Source of the DNA: Blasia pusilla
Lineage: Eukaryota
Assembly (NCBI GenBank): GCA_050084515.1
Contig: CM114271.1
Span: 23,560,001-23,624,000, forward strand
DNA length: 64,000 bases
Direction: 5' to 3'
The position numbers and the translations under genes are program-made. The notes beneath the pieces were generated by a model that saw nothing but the letters and a program-made list of their open reading frames with translations, did no database searches and was not told the origin of the DNA. Shown here piece by piece: positions 24,832-38,709 of this stretch. The stretch's first letter is position 1, and each line of letters opens with the position of its first letter.

Positions 24832-27800
24832 CTAGTAAGTGCCCGTGCACCACGGAAAATGCAAAAGTGTTTATGTTAGTATGAAGAGTTTTTCTAAGGT
24901 GTAGTCTAAGAGTTTTTCTAAGGGACCAACGATGCTCTACAGCAAATTTTTTTGTTGTCCGTAGTATATGAAACATTTTCTTGTTGTCACATGTCATGTC
25001 GGAAAGTGTTTGCATTTCAAAAACGCACTCTCCCATAATAATATAGACTAGTAAAAATGCATATGCGATGCACATGCATCTAAGTTAGCATATCATAACT
25101 ATATTTTTTTCAATGAAACATAACAATTTTTTTCGAAAAAGTCCCCATTCACCATTGGAATTTGAACCTCGTCCCACAAACATCGAGCGGTGAACTCCTC
25201 AATCGCTCCACTCTGATGTGCATGTGTATGTTTGTGGGAAGGAGAGAATAGTAGTTTCCGAACATGCGACTTCACCGAGAAAGGTGGTGTTTTGGATTGC
25301 ATTCGTTAGTTGTTGCTTTGTCCGTTCTCTTCAACGGCATCTTACGGAGCAACTCACCAGCTTGAACAAACACGGGAGATAGACACCGGTCCTCTACGGT
25401 CCCTTGGGGTAGTGTAGTCCAAATCTTTCAGGAAAGGAGCTTAGACATCACCCACCACCTTATCAACCTCTGTCAGTGAGACTTGGGCAGTCAAGACCAA
25501 CTTCGAGCCTTCCTGAGACAATGGCCCTACCAACATTGGGGTAGAATTCTACTTCTATGCCTCAAGATCCTCAACCGAATCCAAGAACAAGTCCCATCTT
25601 GTTCTTGGATTCGGTTCGCAGCGTTGCTAGCACCGAGCGGTCCGCCATGTGCACCATTCCACGTCCCCTCACTGGGAATAGAATCCACACTAAGGTAAAT
25701 ATGCTTCTATACATAACATGCAGTGCATTGGTGAGAAAATGTAATAGTAGTATCCAAACTTCCCAAGGTAGGAAGATCCTTTTCATGGTTCAAAGGTTGT
25801 AAGGTCATTTGCACCATGAACAACAAGCTTTTACTTATTGGAAGTGGGAGAGAATTGTGTACCTTTGCACCCTAATTTGGGATAAGACTTTATATATACG
25901 ATTACCGTCTGAAATTATTACTAATAGTAATTACATATGTAATCTTATTGATTTGATCTATGAAAAATTTCTTAGTTGATTCCGTGACATTGATTTCTTA
26001 AGAGATACAACTATTTTGATTCAAAGAAATAAAGATATTGACGACATAAATACAAAGGTTATGTCTTCGTTTCTTGGATAGATAGATAATCTTTTTACCT
26101 AGATTTATTCATCACACAAATGATCTTCCAACCATTGAACTTGCACGTTTGTTTTCAACTTAAACCAAAGATCAAAAGATGACCTCTGTACGGAGGCTTA
26201 GATGATTTATGGTGAATCCCCATGAAAAAAAAAGTAACACTTGACAAAAATCACCACCAAATACCAAAAGTTTTCTAGAAAATGGTATTCTCCGTAGATC
26301 ACGAGAAACAACTTCTATCATATCTTGTAAAGTTTGATTCACGACCTCAAATGCATGACGACGAGCCATAGGTGCTTTGTCGCGCATAATCAGCATTGCA
26401 TCACATATTAAGCGCTCTCCATTACTATCGATCGATAAATCACAAAAGAAAAAGGAAAGAAAATTAGAAGTTGTAATAATTTGAGTAATTAATTTTATCT
26501 ATGAACACAATTGGAGTTAATTAAAATAATTTGTAGCACTTGCTTGCAAGTAGAGCTCTCATCATGGGGATCTTGGAGCGTGAATGTCTAGTACGTCTTC
26601 CATCTAATAATAGGGTAGCCATACCATATGATGCTACATCCAAAGCTATATCTCTTTCACTCCTTACACTTGCAAAGGGAAGATAATATAAAAATGTTTT
26701 CCCCATTCTACCTAGATCATTAATGATTTTTTTTTGGGAAATGGTAAAGCATTCAAGCATATTTGATCAAGCTCATCATGTATAGTGTCCCCAGAATGCA
26801 TTGTCTTTCGTTCAAACACTCTTCTCCTAATTGCACTCGCTCAAATAATTCTTCCTTATCATATAATAGCTCTTGTTTCTCCAAATATGAGTGTGAATGA
26901 AAGTTGTCGAAATTATCTTTGGGCATGTTTGCAAATTCATATAGTTTCTTTTCTTGATATTGTAAATAATAATGGACTTCCAAAAATACGGTATTAATGA
27001 TAGCATCGTCAACGTGAAGATTATGAATTCCTATTTTTTGCAATTGAAGACTTCCAGAAAAAAAGTCCAAATCATGGTTAGTATGTTGAATGCTTAATAG
27101 AAACAAAAGAAGAAAAAAATTATGTAAGAAGTGATAGTAATGAATTCTTACTTAAAGTTGTTCATATAAGAGATCTTCTACCAATGGAACCAAGAATTGA
27201 CTCCATAATGTAGCAAGTTGAGCAAGTGTGTTGTAAGCTAGAATAGTTGCAAATAAACAGCAAAGTGAAGAACTTGTATAGATAATAGAAGCTTTCTTCA
27301 AAGCAAGAAAACACCTCCCTATCATCCTCAAGAAATCCCAATCGGACGGAAGCCTCTTGGAATGTTGGACATAATACCCCATAAATAGTTCTAAAGCATT
27401 CATATGTAATTGCTCTTTGAACATGATGGAGAAGTAATCTCAACCAATGACGTTCTCCTTCACCTATGAAGAAGTGAAATAAATTAGCTCATCTATATTA
27501 TTATTGGAGAGTTCCCCTTCATTTTGCAAACTCCTTTCCTCATAGACCATGTGTCATGAGGAGAGGGTGGTATATAAAAGCAAATATATACAAACAACTT
27601 TTAAGTGTTTATTTACATGAGTAAGGTATAAGCGGCCAATGGGATGGCCACAACCATTTCTTTTTTCTACCCTACGAATCCATGTCTTATTATTCCAACA
27701 ATAATATGACGGAAAATCTATATATAGATTTTTTTGGGCAGTGGAATTAGATAGATTCGTTGCAAAGCATTGGGTCAGAGCTGTCTCTCTATTTAGTTGC

Positions 27801-29400
27801 AAAACATCTTGAAGAGCATCAACATCATTGAACTAGACTATTTTTTGCTATGGAAGATGAACTGCTAATCGCACAATACTTGGAAGTTCAGCATGTATAC
27901 TAAACTTGAAGAGACGCCAACATGCCAATGAAGAAGATATATATCCGGAATAATAAGAATTCCAAGTATTCAAGTAAGGAGAATGAACATAATGGATGAT
28001 AAATAGAATATAATGGATAAGAGCAATCACGTAGCAAAATCATACCTCGCATCAAGATATGACGTTGTCTCATTAACAACTTCAATTGCATTGGATGTAT
28101 CCATATCCTTTGACGACTAAAATAACATCATATCTGACCCCTTATAAACATATAAGTACTTGACGATAGAAACACTACTTATGATTTCCAAATTAATGTG
28201 ATAATCTAGGAGGGTGCATAACATAGGATTGTAAGGCACGACCCAACGATTATCCAATGAATGTTGGCACTTAATTATTGCCCTTTTATTCTCCAATCTA
28301 CAAAAACACAAGAACAAATTATGAATACATCGGCGTCATATGCCTAATAGTAATAAAGATAAAATGATCCTTACATGTCATTGAATGGTTAACCATCTTC
28401 CATCTCTTCAGTGTTGGCCGCAAAAGTTTTAGGATAGCCTATTGTACAATTTTTTGTTTTGTTATCCATATGTGATGCATTTGGATTTAATGGTCCAAAT
28501 GGCCCATGAATCATGCAATTAGCAACAGTAGAATACAACCTTTGATGGTTAGATTGATGAGTGATTTCTACGGAAATGATACGATCATAATCATAACTTG
28601 TACGTAGTTTATACTCACAACCTAATATAATAAGAAGGTGCACATGCGGCAAACCTCTTTTCTGGAATTCTACCACATTGATGCATCCTAAAAATCGACC
28701 CGATATCTGCTTCTTGATGATAGGTCATAAAGATTCCTTCTTTTTCTTCTTAAAAACCCTCACGACCAAATCAGGTCGGTCTGTAGTTGATCAACCAAGT
28801 AATAAGGGTGATGTAATCTCCTCCCCATTTGAATTGCATGTCATGGTCAAAAAGTAGTCTGGCTTTCCCAAATGTCTTACAATTGCCATTGCATCTTGAT
28901 ACAATTGATGCATGTGACGTGGCCTACCAATAAAAGAAGACGGTAAAATAATGCGTCTCCCAAACCTTTAACTATTCACATCCTGTTGATGCATGGCATC
29001 CTTTACGCCTTGATTTATTTCGGCCCTGAACTCCTTCTCATTTAAGCAAACCCATGATAATCATTGCATCTCTAAAGTGGCATAGAAGTCAACCATATAT
29101 TCTTCACTAAGTAGACCCAACCGGAATAAGAAATTGTCATTTTCGTCTCAAATCTACATTTGAAGTAAAAAAACATGCAAATTTCAAAGTTGTAACACCC
29201 CTTGTTTTTCTTTACTCAATAATATTGTCATCAATTCTTTCCTCATCCATTCGATCTTCTAATCGTTCAATATGTCCCTCCTTATGAATAATGCGGCCGA
29301 ATCGTTAGGATTCTCTATAACCTTTCATTCTCCCAAAGGGTATTCTAGGATGCCAACCTGCTTCACCATAGATAAATAATAGAAAAAAGTGCAATGGAAT
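24832..29400 (-). mobile_element. Degenerate autonomous-type Helitron (Rep-PIF1 helicase), 5'-truncated
   Basis: Rep motifs FLTMTCN, RPDLVVRVF, VEFQKRGLPHVHLL, DNRWVVPYNP, HINLE, KYLYVYKG. Helicase motifs GKTFLY, VASYG.ATLL, DKAPM, FGGDFCQVL. 3' hairpin+CTAG|T termini at 25048 and 24832. Confidence 0.9.
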
Positions 29401-29959
29401 GAATATATTTATATATTTATATATTTATATATATCTATTCCCAGACTTTAACACTTTGCATCAAGAACTCTCTTACTTGCCTAGAGGATGATCTGCATAT
29501 TGTTGGAAGAAATTGGAAAATCACTCATCTGAATCACACGAAATACACGTGGTTCACTTCTCGTGCAGAACCTACATCCATGACCAAACACTCTCGGGTC
29601 AATTTATTGAAATCTGCACACATGGTACATCGTGAGCTCTCCAAGCCTCCCTCTCAAGCCTAAATCGGGGCGCGCAGAATGACCTAGAAACCCTAACATG
29701 GCTTCAGTTAAATACGCATAAAACTTGTGTGTGTATCGTACTACACACATTGGTATTGAGAGGGGTGGCTAAGAAGTGCGCCCCGCCTCCTAGATCCCAC
29801 CACCATGGTAGTCATAGACAACAAGCAAGCATGCCTTTCAGAGATTTTCATGATGTCACTCTTGTAGCATTCCATGCACATAGGCAAAAATCTCCATCTT
29901 GTCTTATATTCTATTCGCTTCACTAAGTCTAACCCTAAGAGTATTTGTGAAATCATGCC

Positions 29960-30769
29960 TAGAAATGTAGAACATGCAACAAGTCCAAACAATGTCTGAA
30001 CTTCGCTACCAAAATCGGCTTTGTCAACATATCTATTGCATTCTCCTCAATGCCTATCTTCAGAAGGTTGATCACACCCTTTGTTAGTGTCTCTTGAATG
30101 AAATGATATCCAACATCAATGTGATTTGTCCTAGCATGATATACTTGGTTTCTAGCTAACTATATAGCATTCAGGCTATCACAATACATGATGACCCATC
30201 TTGCAACAAAACATCTGATGCAACCATATACTCAGCCTTTATGGTAGATTGTGCTATAGAGGCTTGTAATCTGGACTTCCAACTAACAGGCCCACCCACC
30301 AATATGTATAAAAAATCTATGGTGGACCTCCTTTTGTCCAAATCTCTTGCAAACTCAGAATCCACATAGCCAACTAGCTAGAGCTTTGGCTTTCACAACT
30401 CTACCATCAAAGAAAATTCCCATGTCCACTTCTCCTTTCAAGTAACGAAGAATACACTTCACTGATTCCCAATGTTGCTTCCCCGGGTTTGACATAAATG
30501 TGCTAACCATACTCACTATATATGAGATATTTGGTCGAATGCATGTCATTGCATATGTCAAACTTCCAACCGCACTTTCATAATGAACCTCCGACATTGC
30601 TCTCCTTTCACCTTTAGTATCATGTCAATCAACTAAAGAGAGTCTCAAATAAGTCCCTAAAGGAGTGCTTGCAGATTTAGCATTCTCCATGCCAAACCGT
30701 TCAAGTACCTTCTCAAGGTACTTCCTCTTGGACATGCATATCCATCTATTCTTCCAATCTCTGTGCATA
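29960..30769 (-). pseudogene. Copia RT-RNase H fragment (3' part)
   Basis: YESAVGSL.YAM.C.RP.I, HWESVKCILRYLKG, DSEFARDLDKRRST, VSWKS.LQ...AQST..AEY, HIDVGYHFI. Confidence 0.9.
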
Positions 30770-31772
30770 TGTCGCGCCCCTACTCTAGTTGAACGTCAAT
30801 ATTTAGTGTTGCGGAAGCGTACGTTCAGTAGGACACGATCTCATTGCCGATCTGCACCCAAATACGCACTCTCGTTAGTCGAGTGTGGGCCAACCAGCGT
30901 TCCCAACCCACCGAGTTCTCAACTCGGCGTCTCATCAAGCTCAAACCTTCCTTAATTCCTAGTTTCCAAAACATGGCAAGTCCTTCAAGACTTGGAACAG
31001 ACTTCCTGATTAGTCCAGGAACCTAAAAAGGCACTTACACACTTAGCGATCCCAACTGTTCAACAGACCTTGTGCGAGTTCCAAACCGAGACCCAAGTAA
31101 TTGAGTTGCGGGGTGAAATCCAAGAGGGATGTCTAACATCGCCTCCGTAGACTTGGTTCAGGTTTTCCAACCCAACCCCAAACTCTCGATCCGTTCCATG
31201 CCCTTGAGTCGCCGCATGGCGCCCCAAAGTGGGGTTCAAGTTCCAAGCACTCTGGGAGACCTTCCCCCTTACTAGTACTTATGGGGTTCTCCAATAACCC
31301 CCCCTTGGAAAAGGAGGGTCGGGCCCTTCATTGTGGCCCTCAACCGACTCTACATAGAGTCATTTCCGGGTTGTTTCTCAGCCGCTGCTTATGCGTTTGC
31401 AAAGATCTTTAGTGTGTTTGAACCGGCTTTCCATAAGCCTTCCAACTCACCCTTGTTTAATCCAAACGCATCTTTTCGCTAAAAGTGATGGTTATAAATA
31501 CAGTCGGAAACTCTCAAACGCTAGTGGCGTTCCAAATCCGGATTCCTTCCTTTGGCAATCCACTTTCTAGACTCGATTCCTTTCAAGTCTTATTCCTCGT
31601 TTGGTCCAGGTTTCTCGGTCGAGACCACAACATCTGAAACGCGAAGCCTCGCTTGCGTCTCGTCTCTTGTCTCTTCTTCAAGACTACTCCAACGTGCAAA
31701 CCATCTTAGCGTGAGCCCGCTAATGTTCCGATGTTCCGCTTTGGCACTCGTTTGATCATGAGGGTCGTGAAA
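30770..31772 (-). repeat. 3' LTR of the chromovirus (~1003 bp)
   Basis: Matches 36224-37145. Confidence 0.92.
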
Positions 31773-32461
31773 CTCACGCCTCTTTAGAGATTGATGACCT
31801 CATCAACGCAAACCTTTGTTATGTCAAGTCTCCTGGGTAGCCTACCCCTTGACATTGAATTGCTTTCTGGTGGCTAACCTGCAATTCTTCTTAGTCTAGA
31901 GTTGTCGCTTTGCATCACTTAGAATTATTAGCCTCTCCTCTTTGATAAGCCTGGACTTGTTCCAAAGAACTAACCTATCAAATAAGCTAACTAAGTGTGC
32001 AACCTTAGACTCTTCTGGCTCATTCCTGTAAACATCACACATGTTTACCTGGTCTACAAATCGTACTACTATTGGGTCGCTCTCGTATTTGTCTTAGGCG
32101 CGTCACTAAGTTTACTTATGTAGCCACAAGTAAGATCACCCCAAGACCCAAGACAGATTCATCTGCCCCGCCGACGCTAGGGCGAGCCCGAGTGTAATCC
32201 AACACAAGGTCCTATTCTAGGTGCTTATCCACATACGAGCTCTCATCTCAAATACTCCTTGTGTGTCCTCTTGAATTACATCCTAAGCCCATGATGAACG
32301 ACTCATAGCCATGCACTACCACATACAAATTGCAATCAACTTTGGCATCGAATCTCCAAATCCATACACTCCTTTATTGCAACACTAGCATATTCTAGTT
32401 ACAACGGCCTTCGGCCCAAGATTCCAATGGGTACAAGTCATGTCTCTAGCTTCTCCTCGTA

Positions 32462-35400
32462 CTAACGTATCTGCTTTGCTTGCGTTTGCTCGAAGTCTCG
32501 CAACAACTCTTGCACGTGTTCCAAATCCGACTCCGCAATCCAAGTCGCCTCCTTCACATGGTAGCCCTTCCATTTAACCAAGTATTCATACTTGTTGGCC
32601 CGACGCCTCGAACGTAAGATGGTCTCCACCTCAAACTCCGGCTCTTCATTTATGATCACCAGGTACGGTCTCACCACCTGTCTCCGCTCAAAACGTCCAT
32701 TATCTTGAAGATATTTCTTCAACAATGACACATGAAAGGTCGGGTTAATCTTGAACTCGATCGGCAGCCCCAAAGTATACACATCCTCAAACGGGTTTGC
32801 CACAATTACATACGGTCCAGCATACTTGGCAGACAGCTTCGTAGACAACTCTTTCGGAAGAGTGAGATTCTTCACACTCAACCACACTTGCTCTCCAACT
32901 TGGAATCGTCCTTGGCGCCGACTCTTGTTAGCATGCTTAACGTACCTCATTTCAGCCTTTGCAAGACTTCGCCTTGCTCGCTCTTCCCGTTCTCGCATTT
33001 CTACCAACAAACCTTATGCCGTCGCTTGTCGTGTTCATGCCAATATAGTACCCTTCGAAAGGGCTAGGTTAAGAGGCCCTTTTGGCTCTCGTCCAATTGC
33101 CAGGAGAAACGGAGATTCTCCAGTTGCAAAATGCTTGGTCGAGTTGTAGTTGTACTCCGCCATGCTCAGCCACTTGACCCAATCTCCTTGATAAGCACTG
33201 ACATAATTCCTTAAGTACTGATTCACGATAGAGTTAACCTTTTCAGTCTGTCCATCCGTCGGTGGGTGGAAAGCCGTACTGAAACTCAGCTTGGTCTTAA
33301 ACCTCCTGAACAAGTGCTTGCAGAAAGCACCGGTAAACTTTGGATCCCGATCTGAAACAATGCTCCTCGGCAATCCATGAGCACGCCACCAGCTATCGAG
33401 AAAGAATAACAACGTCGTATAAGCCATTACGGAATCCACCGTCGGCATGAATCTCGCCAACTTGCTAAATCGATCAACAATCACAAGTATAGCGTTGTAT
33501 CCCTCTGATTCCGGAAGACTCGAGATGAAATTCATACTCACACTTTGCAAGGGTCCTTCTGGGATCGGCAAGGGATGCAGAAAGCCTTGTTTCTTATCAT
33601 AAGAAACTCTATTTGCTTGGCAGGTCACACAGGTCTTCATATATTGAGCAACATCCTCTTTCATGTTGGGCCAAAAGAATCGCTTTGATGTGAATGACCA
33701 GCGTCAGAGATTTCTCTCCTTTATGTCCTGCCAAGGGTCCGTCGTGACACTCCGCTAACACTTTGGTTCGCATCCTGCCTTGCCCTACATAGATCCTACT
33801 CTGTTTGAACCTTATTAAACCGTGCCTCAAACTTATGTTGGCCACCTTCTCACCCTGCTTCAACTTCCTCAGGTACTCCCCTGCGTGAGCATCCTTCACG
33901 AATCCTTCTTTCCAGGTCTGTTTCTTTAGGGAACATTGCTCTCAAGACCTGTGTCGTCGATGGCATGTGTTCCTCCTTGCAACTCAATGCATCTGGAATC
34001 ACATTATCTTTACCTGGCTTGTGAATCAACTCAACATCCATCAACGCCAAGGTATCATGCCATTGCAGTTGTTTCGGTGTCACTCGATCTTGGGTCTCAA
34101 AATACTTGAGTGATATATTATCGGTGAATACTCGAGTCATGTGGAGCCCTAGATAATGCCGCCACTTCCTCAAGCAATGTACCACCGGGAACAACTCTTT
34201 CTCGTGAGTGGGCCATCTCCTTTCAGTATCGCTAAGCTTCTTGCTCTCGTATGCTACAGGTCTCCCTTCTTGCACCAACATTCGTGCAACCGCGAAATCA
34301 CTAGCATCGGTATGCACTTCGAACGGTTTGTCAAACTCCCGCAGCTTCAATACTGGTTCCTGCGATAGAATCTGCTTCACTCGGCTGAATGCCTCATTAA
34401 CTTCCTGGGTCCAAGTCGTGTTGGCAAACTTTGATGTCCAATCCGTGAGAGGTCTCATAATTCCCAAAAAGTTTTTCACATAAGTGCGATAGAACTGCAC
34501 CGCACCTATGAACCTCCTCATCCCATTTACATTGGATGGGGGTTCCCACTCGACAATCGCTTTCACCTTCTCCATGTCTAGACTGACGCCATCCGCACTG
34601 ACCACGTGACCCAAGAATTTGATCTTGCTCAAACCAAATTCGCTCTTCTCTACATTCGCATACAGCTGATTTGCCCTTAGCTTAGACAAGACCGCTTTCA
34701 CATGTCGAACGTGCTCCTCTAGTGACTTCGAATAGATAAGTATGTCATCAATATACATGATAACATACTCATCCACTTCCTTGTGAAAGATAGAGTTCAT
34801 CAATGTGGTGAACGTCGGAGGCGCGTTACATAGACCGAAAGGCATCACTACAAACTCAAAGGACCCATATCTTGTCCTACACGCAGTCTTCTCCACATCT
34901 GCCTCGGCAATCCGGATCTGGTAATATCCTGACTTCAATTCAATCCTACTGAAATATCTTGCGCCTGCTAGCCTATCGAAGAGATCATCTATCCTTGGAA
35001 GAGGATAATTGTTCCGAACCGTCACTTTATTCAGCGCACGGTAATCAACACATAGCCTCATCTTTCCATCCTTTTTCTTCACAAAAGGAACTGGTGCTCC
35101 ATTAGGTGACTTGCTAGTCCTAATGTAACCCTTTCCCAAGAGCTCACTTAACTGCCTTTTCAACTCAAGAAGTTCCTCATGATTCAACCTATATGGTGCT
35201 TTTGCATGCGATTGGGAACCAGGTATGGTCTCTATCTTATGATTGACGGCTCTATGTGGCGGCAATTCAATAGGAAGCTCATTTGTCAAGACATCCTCAA
35301 ACTCCTTGACCACTTCCTGGAGTGGTTCTGGGATTCCCCTTGAATCCGTGTCCTGATCTCTCCTTATTCTGCTTGTAGCCTCCTCCACTTGTCTCATTAA

Positions 35401-36010
35401 GCAAAGAAATCCATCCTCCAACTCGGTCATGCTCCTCTTTGTAATCGAGTTCACTAACTCTTTTTTCGCCGGAACCTCACGGTGCAACCGCACCTGTAAC
35501 CATTTTGCCTTTTAGCAAGACGCTCAACCTCAAGGGTCTACATCTTAACTCCACCTCATACGCGTCTAGGAATATATTCCCCAAGACTCCGTCAATGCCA
35601 TCCATTTTGCACAGAGTGAAATTCTCCTTCAACTCGAATACCCCGCATCCTACAGTCAAACCCAAGACCAATTCAGAAGTCCGATGAGACTTGCCTCCTG
35701 CAAATCCTACTCGAATGGGCTCATCTGCCTTAGATGTAGACAACCCCAGTTCCTTCACGATTCTTGGGATTAGGAAGGAGTGCGAAGCACCTGTATCCAC
35801 GAGCAACAACACATCGCGATCAACAATCTTGGATCTTAGGTACACCAAATTGTGCGTCCTCTTGGAGACCTGAAGGGACGTCTCGAGATCACCCGCCAAC
35901 AGATGCTTAGCAGCAAACGCAATCATACTCCCATTACTAACCTTCGGTTACGAACACACTTTCGCCAGGTGCCCCGGTTCGCCACAGTTGTAGCATATGA
36001 CCTTGCCGTT
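32462..36010 (-). pseudogene. pol: Chromovirus gag knuckle-PR-RT-RH-IN-chromodomain with frameshifts
   Basis: CYNCGEPGHLAKVC, LLVDTGASHSF, YIDDILIYS, TDASDFAV, IVSDRDPKF, DGQTE, GPY, FEVETIL...YLVKWKGY...TW chromodomain. Confidence 0.95.
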
Positions 36011-36223
36011 CCCTGACTTCGAGTGTTGTCCTCCTCTCGACTTTGCATGAAGTTCCACTCATTTTGCTACCGGGGCAGACGACTCTCCTGGATTGTGCAG
36101 GCCCCCACTCCACACTCTTTTGAACGTCTCCTTATTTTTTTACTTCTTCGAAAAACCTTTTGGCTCACAAGGTTTCTAGGTTTGGGCCTCATCGCCCCCA
36201 ATCCGCTCCGCTAGCTTCAGAAG

Positions 36224-37145
36224 CCGATCTGCACCCAAATACGCACTCTCGTTAGTCGAGTGTGGGCCAACCAGCGTTCCCAACCCACCGAGTTCTCAAC
36301 TCGGCGTCTCATCAAGCTCAAACCTTCCTTAATTCCTAGTTTCCAAAACATGGCAAGTCCTTCAAGACTTGGAACAGACTTCCTGATTAGTCCAGGAACC
36401 TAAAAAGGCACTTACACACTTAGCGATCCCAACTGTTCAACAGACCTTGTGCGAGTTCCAAACCGAGACCCAAGTAATTGAGTTGCGGGGTGAAATCCAA
36501 GAGGGATGTCTAACATCGCCTCCGTAGACTTGGTTCAGGTTTTCCAACCCAACCCCAAACTCTCGATCCGTTCCATGCCCTTGAGTCGCCGCATGGCGCC
36601 CCAAAGTGGGGTTCAAGTTCCAAGCACTGGGAGACCTTCCCCTTACTAGTACTTATGGGGTTCTCCAACACCCCCCCTTGGAAAAGGAGGGTCGGGCCCT
36701 TCATTGTGGCCCTCAACCGACTCTACATAGAGTCATTTCCGGGTTGTTTCTCAGCCGCTGCTTATGCGTTTGCAAAGATCTTTAGTGTGTTTGAACCGGC
36801 TTTCCATAAGCCTTCCAACTCACCCTTGTTTAATCCAAACGCATCTTTTCGCTAAAAGTGATGGTTATAAATACAGTCGGAAACTCTCAAACGCTAGTGG
36901 CGTTCCAAATCCGGATTCCTTCCTTTGGCAATCCACTTTCTAGACTCGATTCCTTTCAAGTCTTGTTCCGCGTTTGGTCCAGGTTTCTCGATCGCGACCA
37001 CAATATCTGGAACGCGAAGCCTCAATTGCGTCTCGTCTCTTGTCTCTTCTTCGAGACTACTCCAACGCGCAAACCATCTTAGCTTGAGCTTGATAATGTT
37101 CTGATGTTCCGCTTTGGCACTTGTTTGGTCATGAGGGTCACGACA
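36224..37145 (-). repeat. 5' LTR of the chromovirus, inner end deleted together with PBS and most of gag
   Basis: Matches 30846-31772 and abuts the gag C-terminus directly. Confidence 0.9.
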
Positions 37146-37150
37146 GCATA

Positions 37151-37408
37151 TCACTCCCACGAAACCTCTTTGAAGGACCCAAGTCCTTCATGCTAAACTA
37201 CTTGCTCAATTGTCTCTTCAGTTGATCAATATCTTTCATGTGCTCAGCAGTAGTGGGCATTTCATCATTATATAGCACCAAGACAATGTGACCAAAATGA
37301 ACACCTCTCTCTGTCTTCTTTAGATACACATAACATCATACTTACTACAAGTATACCCATGTATTCTCATAAATGTATTGAATATTTTATACCATTTCCT
37401 CCGACTCT
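37151..37408 (-). pseudogene. Copia RT fragment (5' part), continuous with 30769 across the chromovirus
   Basis: Minus-strand SRRKWYKIFNTFM...GY...YD..CVYLK...VLVLYNDEM, DLG...R. Confidence 0.8.
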
Positions 37409-38709
37409 ATATCGTGGTAGATGAGGCGTAGGGCGAGATAGTATCAAGGCCTTAGAGGGGTCTTGTACTTCCCTATTTTTTAAAGGTCATATGTGACCTG
37501 CTCTTAGGAGGTGACATACGAGTGTAGGTCACCCTTCCCTTTATGAGGAGTGGCAACCTTGGAGAGGTTGACCTTCCCAGCCATGTATGGCTCCACTTGG
37601 ACCTATAGGGTCGTGAGTTAGTTGGTAGTTGGTCTCATGAGGGGACCACATGTGTAGTTGTTAGGGAGCTAGTATGTGTGTACTATAGGTTGGTAATGAC
37701 CTGCTAGGAGGGAGGTGACCTGTGTGTACAGGTCACCCATGGAGGTGACCACGGGGGTATACTTGGGATGAGGCTCATTTGGAGCTCATCTCCTAAGGAT
37801 TGTAAATCCTTTTTGGGATCCATGATACAACGCGTCTTGCATGAATTGAGCCTTGATTCTCTCTTGAAGAGCGGGCTAGGAGTGATCAATAAGGAGATCA
37901 CACATTTTGGGAATCCAAGTGAATACTTTCTCTTGTTGTTACACCAGTGTGTATCAAAATCATGAGTATGGCTATTTGGATGAAGCATAATTGATTGCAG
38001 ATTTCATCAAAGCTTACAGTGGGTATTCAACTTTATATCCTAAGGAGATGCACGCTGGTTTTCAATAGAATAGAAAGTGGGACTCAATTTATGGTATAGA
38101 GCACAATTGTGGTGCTGTGGGGTTTGCAAGAATTGCAAGCCAGTGTATCTTGACCATGCAGGAGGACATGGGGCAGAAGAATTGTTGAAATCAAAGTGAG
38201 ATGCTCCGAATTGAGAAATCTCTCCAGTGCAACAGATTTGACAAGATTTGAAGAGGGGGAGGCTTCTCAATGCTGGTGGAGTTGCTCAAGAGTGGAGCAA
38301 TTAAGGATCAGATTATAGGGACAGAATTCTTGAGATAATTATGGTGAGGAAATCAATATCAATCGTGACTTGATTGAGTGTGGGCAAGTTAGCAAGTGCG
38401 TGGGCACTTTGTTTCTGATTTTGAGTGAGGTGTGCTTGATTCTGGACCAAATTGGATGAAAGTTGGGTAGGAGGAAAATCAAGCAAGAAGCGAATGTAAG
38501 GATGGCACAACGGTGTTTGATTGTGCAGGATTTTGTGAGATCTCAATTTGCCATTGGAAAGCTTGCAAAAAACAGAGTCCAATTGTGAAAATGGGACCAA
38601 AAACGGAGTTGATTTGAAAAAGATTCCCCAAAACCGCGTACATTCTCTGAGATGAGCGGATCACCAATGTGGAAAGGGTAGGAGAGCAACGTTGGAGCTG
38701 TTGTGCGAG

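Larger units (their letters stand above)
30770..37145 (-). mobile_element. Chromovirus (Ty3/Gypsy with chromodomain) inserted in the Copia RT; 5-bp TSD GCATA; gag mostly deleted
   Basis: GCATA at 30765-30769 and 37146-37150; TG...CA ends; paired LTRs; PPT-like AAAGAGGCGTGAG next to the 3' LTR. Confidence 0.95.
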
